The position numbers were made by a program, and so were the translations under genes. 17,746 nucleotides of DNA. It comes from Pseudomonadota bacterium. Lineage in GTDB: Bacteria > Bdellovibrionota_B > Oligoflexia > Silvanigrellales > Silvanigrellaceae. Positions within the stretch are counted from its first letter, which is position 1. Each line of letters starts with the position of its first letter. The stretch covers positions 1 to 17,746 of the forward strand of contig JBDLRP010000002.1 of the NCBI GenBank assembly GCA_039799905.1. Direction: 5' to 3'. Of the stretch, positions 8,011 to 13,974 are shown in pieces. Under the pieces are notes generated by a model. The model saw only the letters and a list, made by a program, of their open reading frames with translations, was not told the DNA's origin and ran no database searches.

Positions 8011-8922
8011 ATGCTGCGGACATTGATCAAGCGAATTGCCTTGCTGTCGTTGTGTCTCGTATCTGCCGAATTGGCAAACCAAACCCTGAATGCTGCATCG
8101 GCGGATGCTAACCCCGACGTTCCCGCCCATCAGAAACGTGAAACCGAACTGCGTCTCGGACTCACTGAAGAAGGCTTCAACATTCTTTTCAACCGCTGGT
8201 GTGCGCATCTGGAGGCCAGCCGACGCACCGACAGCTACTTTGACGTCTTCGAAGGAGAACAATTTCTTTTTCGCAGGCAGGAGCCGAGGGCAAAACTGCG
8301 CATCCAGACGCGCGACAAGGAACTCGTTGCACAAAAGTCGTGGGTTATTGAAAGCCACACCACACAGTCCTCCGGATTTCTGTGGAGTGCGACAACCCGC
8401 ACAGCAGCGAGTGAAAAACACCCGCTCGGCGGCAAAACCCACGCCCGATTATCTTCAACTCTGCAACTGCTCGATGACGCAACTCAGAATGTTGCAAAGC
8501 CCGATGGACTTACGGCTCAACTGCAAATGCTGTGGTCGGTGCAGTCGTGGCCTGCTCATGCCGATTTCGACGACGGCACGCGCCATCTGCGCGGACCGCT
8601 CGTTCCCGCAGCCGTGGTCAGCAAAGAGCGCTGGCTCATTCCCGTGACGCTGCCCGACGGCAGGACGGGTCAATTGCAACTCGGTCGTGATTACGACGAA
8701 CTGACTGCCGACAGGTCAGTCAGCTTCGAACTTGAATTGGAACTTAAGAACACGTCGGTAGCGGATGAACAGGCCACCCTTACGACCGTAAGCAGATTCC
8801 TCCTGCTGCAGGGGCTCCGCCCGCAAAACACAACCTCACAAAAAACAAACGATTTCTTCCGAACACTGGAAAATCTTTACTCGCAAGCAGGAGATTCGCT
8901 TGTGAACCCGAGCTCTCTCTGA
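8011..8922 (+). CDS. CYTH (triphosphate tunnel metalloenzyme)-like protein with N-terminal signal peptide
   Basis: ETELR (ExExK-like), TDSYFD, KLRIQTR and FELELELK occur in CYTH order. The N-terminus is basic then hydrophobic, ending ...AASA; SD GGAGAGG. Confidence 0.65.
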   Translation: MLRTLIKRIALLSLCLVSAELANQTLNAASADANPDVPAHQKRETELRLGLTEEGFNILFNRWCAHLEASRRTDSYFDVFEGEQFLFRRQEPRAKLRIQTRDKELVAQKSWVIESHTTQSSGFLWSATTRTAASEKHPLGGKTHARLSSTLQLLDDATQNVAKPDGLTAQLQMLWSVQSWPAHADFDDGTRHLRGPLVPAAVVSKERWLIPVTLPDGRTGQLQLGRDYDELTADRSVSFELELELKNTSVADEQATLTTVSRFLLLQGLRPQNTTSQKTNDFFRTLENLYSQAGDSLVNPSSL

Positions 8923-8990
8923 CACGCTCTTGCCCTGCGGATTCATCAAAAAAACACGTCGTTATTCTGATGAATTCGAAAGGAGGCCTT

Positions 8991-9518
8991 ATGCTCACGC
9001 GAATCGCTGCTCTCGGTCTTGCCACCCTCTCGTCATCCGCCTTCGCAGTCGACCTCGATGGAATCAAGGATTTCCAGCCAGAAAACTATCTTGGCACCTG
9101 GTATCAAATCCAATCGACAAACCCGTTTTTTCAACGCGACTGTAAATGCGCCAAAGCTGAGTATTCTAAAATAGACGAAAAGACGATTGCCGTAGTGAAC
9201 ACGTGCGTGACAAACAACGGCGACATCCGGACTGCAAAGGGAACGGCTACAATCAAGGATGCCGACCACCCCAGCCGGCTCGCTGTGAGGCTTTCATTCT
9301 TCACGCCCAACTTCGTCAATTATGTGGTCACGGAAGTTGGCGAAAACTACGAATACTCAGTGGTTGTCTCGCCAGGAAACTCGCCCATCTGGATTTTGTC
9401 GCGCAGCAAAACACTTCCACCCAGCGTCCTGAGCGGCATCAGATTGCGGCTGATTGAAGCCGGAGTGCGCGTCGGTGATTTGAAGGATACCGACCCTAAC
9501 CAATGTCCCGAGATTTGA
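8991..9518 (+). CDS. Lipocalin family protein (Blc/ApoD-like), exported
   Basis: YLGTWYQI (GxW), YEYSVV and WILSR motifs. SD AGGAGG at 8981-8986 supports ATG 8991; signal peptide ends AFA. Confidence 0.9.
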   Translation: MLTRIAALGLATLSSSAFAVDLDGIKDFQPENYLGTWYQIQSTNPFFQRDCKCAKAEYSKIDEKTIAVVNTCVTNNGDIRTAKGTATIKDADHPSRLAVRLSFFTPNFVNYVVTEVGENYEYSVVVSPGNSPIWILSRSKTLPPSVLSGIRLRLIEAGVRVGDLKDTDPNQCPEI

Positions 9519-10278
9519 GAACGCGGTGAAACGCGCTTCTCACATCCACCGCCACATTCAGTGATTCGAGACTCTCGTACATCAAGCCAAGCAAAACTCC
9601 GAGCTGGACGAATTCTCCCTTGAGGTTCTTCCGCTCGGATTTGCACAGCATAAAGATTTCATGAAACGTGTGGACAAAATGCGCCATGGTGAATCTCACT
9701 GCGGTTTGGTTGCCGTCACCGAAGTGTGAGATAAAAACCTCGTGCGCCCAATCCAAGTTGATTTTTTTCAGAGCGGACTTCATCTGCTCAGGACGCCCGC
9801 AATAGTAACCCGTGTAGAGTTCGCCCATGGCGTTCAAAAAATCATCCGAAAAAACTCCCAGCAAAGGCGCTGGACTCCATAAAATATTTTGCCCGTCACG
9901 CGCAAAGCGGGTGAGTCGAACGTCAAGCAGCAGCGTCTGTTTGGCAAGAATCTGCGCGAAATAGATTTCAACAATGCGGGTCGCCATTTCAACTCGAATC
10001 ATTTCGTCAGCAGTCTTGAAATCAGTGACCACACCAGCAGGCAACTCTCCTGCCTGCGTCATGCCGCCCGCGATGATCCTTGTATCTGGCAGTGAGCGCG
10101 CAAAATGCGACTGCATTCCCCCCAGCGCACTGCGGTAGAGTTCGGGGTCACGAGTTCTTTTGGCCAGAGCCGTGGCATTGCCGATCAGTTCAAAAGGTGG
10201 GATCACCTTAAAAAAAGCCGGCGATACAAAATCCAGCAAGAAAGACCACTCAGAATTTTTTAAAAGGTTCATCAGCAT
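9496..10278 (-). CDS. Hypothetical protein; resembles a degenerate ABC1/UbiB kinase C-lobe
   Basis: Long minus-strand ORF filling the gap between plus-strand genes; ATG 10278 or 10272. RIVEIYFAQIL...D...F...DG and C-terminal EFVQLG..L...ESL pattern (see findings). Confidence 0.7.
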   Translation of the reverse strand: MLMNLLKNSEWSFLLDFVSPAFFKVIPPFELIGNATALAKRTRDPELYRSALGGMQSHFARSLPDTRIIAGGMTQAGELPAGVVTDFKTADEMIRVEMATRIVEIYFAQILAKQTLLLDVRLTRFARDGQNILWSPAPLLGVFSDDFLNAMGELYTGYYCGRPEQMKSALKKINLDWAHEVFISHFGDGNQTAVRFTMAHFVHTFHEIFMLCKSERKNLKGEFVQLGVLLGLMYESLESLNVAVDVRSAFHRVLKSRDIG

Positions 10279-10297
10279 ACTCAACAGAGTATTCCGA

Positions 10298-10349
10298 AAG
10301 TTACACAATTGCCACATCCGCCTTGAATTTTCACACGGGTTCCACACCT
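10298..10349 (+). promoter_or_regulatory. Two pairs of Pho-box-like 11-bp direct repeats
   Basis: GTTACA (10300)/GCCACA (10311) and TTCACAC (10330)/TCCACAC (10341), each pair 11 bp apart, upstream of the acyltransferase. Confidence 0.4.
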
Positions 10350-10415
10350 GCAACTTCTCAATCCCGCACCTCCCCGCAATACTCGCTGGTGACAAGCTCG
10401 GAAAGGAGCATTTTT

Positions 10416-11156
10416 ATGACGGCATCACTGTTGGCAATACTCAGGCTGAGCGTGATCGTCCTGCTGACTCTGCTGTTGATAGTCATTCTACTTGTCACTC
10501 CGACAGGTCTCAGAACGCGCACCAAGGTGTCGTCCCGTTTTTTTGGAATCCTGCTGCGCTGCTGCGGAATCCGCATCAACTGCAACCTGTCGGACGCAGA
10601 ACTGCTGCGTTTCGAGCGTGCCATTATTGTCGCCAATCACGTCAGCTATTTGGATATTCTCATTCTCTGTGCACTCCGGCCATGCGTTTTTCTGGCCAAA
10701 AAAGAAGTCGGTGATTGGCCGCTGTTTGGTTGGGCTGCGCGTGCTCTGGGATGCATCTTCGTCAGGCGCGAATCACTGATGGGTCGTGCGCACGCGCTTC
10801 GTCGATGCCTCAGGATCAGTCCGACTGCCGACATTGCGCTTTTTCCAGAGGGGACGACAACGTCATCCAGACTGCCCGAGCTCACCGCATGGGCCCGCGG
10901 GCATGCATGGATTGCCCTGCGTGGACGCGTCGATGCGATCCTCTGTTTGCGGCTAAATTATGAAAACCACAGCGAGAGGGCATGGATCGACGACCATAGC
11001 CTTTTGCCTCACCTGCTCAAAACGCTCGGCCAAAAATCAGTGCGGGTGACAGTGTCAGGAGCATGGGTCGCGGTTCATCAGTCGCTGCAGCCTGCAGACC
11101 TCGCAATCAATACTTTTGAAAACGTTTGCATGGCGGTGAGCTATGACAGTCCTTGA
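10416..11156 (+). CDS. PlsC-family acyltransferase, probably lyso-ornithine-lipid O-acyltransferase (OlsA-like)
   Basis: ANHVSYLD (NHx4D), FLAKKEV, IFVRR, FPEGT and an N-terminal membrane helix. SD AAGGAG precedes ATG 10416. OlsA specificity is inferred from the nearby olsB. Confidence 0.88.
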   Translation: MTASLLAILRLSVIVLLTLLLIVILLVTPTGLRTRTKVSSRFFGILLRCCGIRINCNLSDAELLRFERAIIVANHVSYLDILILCALRPCVFLAKKEVGDWPLFGWAARALGCIFVRRESLMGRAHALRRCLRISPTADIALFPEGTTTSSRLPELTAWARGHAWIALRGRVDAILCLRLNYENHSERAWIDDHSLLPHLLKTLGQKSVRVTVSGAWVAVHQSLQPADLAINTFENVCMAVSYDSP

Positions 11157-12099
11157 AGATATCCGCACCTTTTCGAGCAAGTACCGCAACGACATCATTC
11201 ACAGCAGGCTGGAGACCATCTCATGCGATGAAGGCAGTTTTGATATCGATCTGCTGGAAATCAAAACATCCGACAAAGTCCGCAAGGACAAATTCACATT
11301 TTTCCTCGTCGCGGGTGTGCACGACCTGGAAACCATCGGAGTGACGGTTCTCCTCCATTACTTGGCACACCTCATCGAACTGACACGCTGGAACAAAGCA
11401 TTCCGCAATTCACTCGCAAGCGCGCGTATTGTCGCAATTCCGGCGCTGAATCCGACGGGAATCATCCAACGCCGCCGTGCCACTGCAGAAGGGATCGACT
11501 TGATGCGCAATGCACCTGTTTCGGCAGAAAAGCCGGTGCCACTCTTGGGCGGTCACAGGCTTTCCCCAATGCTGCCGTACTACAGCGGCACAGGCGATCT
11601 GGCTCTTGAGAGCAGCGCACTGATACGCGCAGTGCGCGACCTATTGCAGTCTTCCAAGGGTATGATTGCACTCGATCTGCACAGCGGATTCGGGGCTCGC
11701 GACAGAATCTGGACACCGTGGTCGATGTCATCTGCACTGCCGCCGCATTGGGACCATTACAAAGCCATCGAGACTGCTCTGAACGAATCGTTTCCGGATC
11801 ACGTCTACAAATTTGAAAAACAGTCCGAGAGCTATCAGACGAACGGGGATTTGTGGGACTATCTGTTACTTGAGAATCAGAACACCAACGGACCGCTTTT
11901 CCTCCCGCTGGCGCTGGAAATGGGTAGTTGGAACTGGCTCAAGAAGGCGCCTTGGAACGCATTCAACAGGCTGGGATGGTTCCATCCGATGGTTCCGCAC
12001 AGAGTGCAAAGAACCTGCCGCAGGCACACCACACTGCTCGATTTTCTCGTCAGCGTGTGCGCCAATTCCGAAAGCTTCTTCAAACACGAGGTCAGCTGA
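11143..12099 (+). CDS. M14-family zinc carboxypeptidase / amidohydrolase (DUF2817-like)
   Basis: GVHDLE (HxxE), LNPTG, DLMRN, DLHSG and LALEMG (catalytic Glu). No signal peptide; overlaps the acyltransferase stop by 14 nt. Confidence 0.85.
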   Translation: MTVLEDIRTFSSKYRNDIIHSRLETISCDEGSFDIDLLEIKTSDKVRKDKFTFFLVAGVHDLETIGVTVLLHYLAHLIELTRWNKAFRNSLASARIVAIPALNPTGIIQRRRATAEGIDLMRNAPVSAEKPVPLLGGHRLSPMLPYYSGTGDLALESSALIRAVRDLLQSSKGMIALDLHSGFGARDRIWTPWSMSSALPPHWDHYKAIETALNESFPDHVYKFEKQSESYQTNGDLWDYLLLENQNTNGPLFLPLALEMGSWNWLKKAPWNAFNRLGWFHPMVPHRVQRTCRRHTTLLDFLVSVCANSESFFKHEVS

Positions 12100-12913
12100 A
12101 CAAGGACCGGCGGCATCGGTCAGACATTGTCGCTGTCGAGAAGTGCATCAGGAAGTCGTGACAGTGGAATTCAGGATCGTGGGATGGCCCCCCAAGAATT
12201 TTTGCTCCGAGCATAAGATATGATCTCAGCAGCGGAGGCACCAAAGACTTCAAATGAGCTTCGTCGAACTCTCCGGCTTCGACAGAAGGCATTTTTAGAG
12301 CCGGGCAATGCACATCTTCCGACCATGCACCCTGCCTTTTGAAATAGCCAACCAAAGCGGCGGCTTCCGCATGAGAGACGTTGAAGACGCTGACACAACC
12401 CACGGCTTCAGTTCTGTTGTGACTGGTCATGTATTTTGCCAATGCGCTCCAGAGCAATTTAGGAATTGAACCCTGCCGGTAGGAAGGGTGCACACAACTG
12501 CGGCCCAATTCGATTGTCAGGCGAGGTTCGAGTAGCTCTCTCAAAGGTCTTACATCAAACTCGTGAGCCGCATAGAGGTTCAATCCGCCGCTCAGTACTC
12601 TGTCAGTCGGCAGCACTCGGTAGGTTCCCACGATGCGACCATCGTGCTTCACAATCAGATGGTCGGCGAATGCATCGTGCACATCCTGATCACGCATCAT
12701 CTTCGGAGATTGATCGTGCGCCGACAGAAAAACATCGTAGCGAAGAGAAAAAACCTCATCCAGCTCGTGCGGCAGTGCCAAACGGACTTCAAATTGGGCA
12801 TTGCTGCCTGAACTCTCTTGGTTGCGGAAGTTCTGCTGCTGCAACGCTGGAACAGCCCTGAATTGACGAACCGCCTCAAAAGAAGCTGCGGCGTTTGCAT
12901 AGCCTGTGCTCAT
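12092..12913 (-). CDS. olsB: GNAT-fold N-acyltransferase, ornithine-lipid OlsB family
   Basis: LRYDVF, DQDVHD..ADHL, VGTYR, ELGRSCVHPSYR, LLW, GCVS, PPLLRSYL.LGA and P..DPEF.C.D; SD GGGAGG. Confidence 0.85.
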   Translation of the reverse strand: MSTGYANAAASFEAVRQFRAVPALQQQNFRNQESSGSNAQFEVRLALPHELDEVFSLRYDVFLSAHDQSPKMMRDQDVHDAFADHLIVKHDGRIVGTYRVLPTDRVLSGGLNLYAAHEFDVRPLRELLEPRLTIELGRSCVHPSYRQGSIPKLLWSALAKYMTSHNRTEAVGCVSVFNVSHAEAAALVGYFKRQGAWSEDVHCPALKMPSVEAGEFDEAHLKSLVPPLLRSYLMLGAKILGGPSHDPEFHCHDFLMHFSTATMSDRCRRSLFS

Positions 12914-12977
12914 TTTTAATTCCTCCCAAACCTTCTGGGAGAAATAATTTCAAATTTGCGGAAGTTCCGACAGATCG

Positions 12978-13074
12978 ATTGATTACGAAAAAGTGAATGA
13001 TTTCTGAAGATGATGGCTTCACAATTTTGTCAAAAATGCGCTCATGACAATTGGCTGTGAAACGATTGTGTCAG
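12978..13074. promoter_or_regulatory. Divergent olsB/pstS control region with Pho-box-like repeats on both strands
   Basis: Plus strand: GCTTCACAATT TTGTCAAAAAT (TTCAC 13018, GTCAA 13029). Minus strand: TTCAG (13008), TTCAC (12997), GTAAT (12986) at 11-bp steps, and GACAC (13072)/TTCAC (13061). Confidence 0.55.
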
Positions 13075-13146
13075 GCTTGCCCGCCTGCGGAATCGATCGC
13101 TATGAGCCTTTTCGTCTTGAAGCAAGACACACTCAGGAGGTTAACA

Positions 13147-13968
13147 ATGCGTCTTATCACTACTGCTCTTCTTGCAACTGTCAGCACATCTGCGTTTGCC
13201 GCTCCCTTCACTTTTAAAGGCTCCGACACATTGGCGGGAATGATGACCGATGCCATTCAAGCTGCGGGTCTCTCCGACGAGATTCAATACGCCGGCGGCG
13301 GCTCAGGCAAAGGCGAAGAAGCCATCATTGCAGGGCAACAAGGCATCGCACCGATGTCACGTGAATTGAAAAAAGAGGCCGTTGCAAAGGCAGCAGCTGC
13401 CGGAATTGAAGTTGTCGCTCACCCCATCGCTCTCGATGGCCTTGGTGTTTTCGTCAACAGCAGCAACCCGCTCAGCCGCCTCAGCCTGCCACAGGTCAAG
13501 AGTGTTTTCACTTGCGAAGTAACCGACTGGTCGAAGCTGCCTAACTCTGGCAAAACAGGACCTATTGAAGTTTTCCGTCGTGACGACAACTCTGGCACTA
13601 CCGATACGTTCAAGTCCATCGTCGGAATCAAAACCTTCGGTGCCTGCGTTCAGGTGATGGCTGAAACAACCGATATCGCCAACGAAACAGCGACCAATCC
13701 AAATGCGATTGGCTACGCAGGACTGACTGCAACGCGCGCAGGCAACCGTCCGCTCACACTTTCCAAAGACGACCGTTCGGGTGCTTATCTGCCAACAGTG
13801 CACAACGTGCGCAACAAGCTCTACCCGCTTGCACGCACACTCTATGTATACGAAGCAAAAGGCAGCTACTCGCTCAATGCGGCTGAGTCGAAGCTTCTTC
13901 CGCAAGTTCTCGATCGCTCGTTCATGGACCCGATTGTTCAGCAAAACGACTTCATCACATTGGACTAA
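13147..13968 (+). CDS. pstS: Phosphate-binding periplasmic protein, PstS family
   Basis: KGSDT, GGGSGKG, IALDG, RDDNSGT, NAIGY and YPLARTLY. Signal peptide ends AFA; SD AGGAGG at 13135-13140 supports ATG 13147; 273 aa. Confidence 0.9.
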   Translation: MRLITTALLATVSTSAFAAPFTFKGSDTLAGMMTDAIQAAGLSDEIQYAGGGSGKGEEAIIAGQQGIAPMSRELKKEAVAKAAAAGIEVVAHPIALDGLGVFVNSSNPLSRLSLPQVKSVFTCEVTDWSKLPNSGKTGPIEVFRRDDNSGTTDTFKSIVGIKTFGACVQVMAETTDIANETATNPNAIGYAGLTATRAGNRPLTLSKDDRSGAYLPTVHNVRNKLYPLARTLYVYEAKGSYSLNAAESKLLPQVLDRSFMDPIVQQNDFITLD

Positions 13969-13974
13969 TCCATC

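Noticed and set aside
13114..13128. GTCTTG-aag-CAAGAC hairpin in the pstS leader
   Set aside because: The stem is only 6 bp, has no U-tract and does not cover the SD; it could be chance.
3185..13146. Longer N-termini in the ORF track (3185, 3768, 4892, 7211, 8970, 10323, 10395, 13051; also 17413)
   Set aside because: They overlap neighbouring genes or regulatory DNA. Downstream starts have SD sequences or match where the family domain begins.
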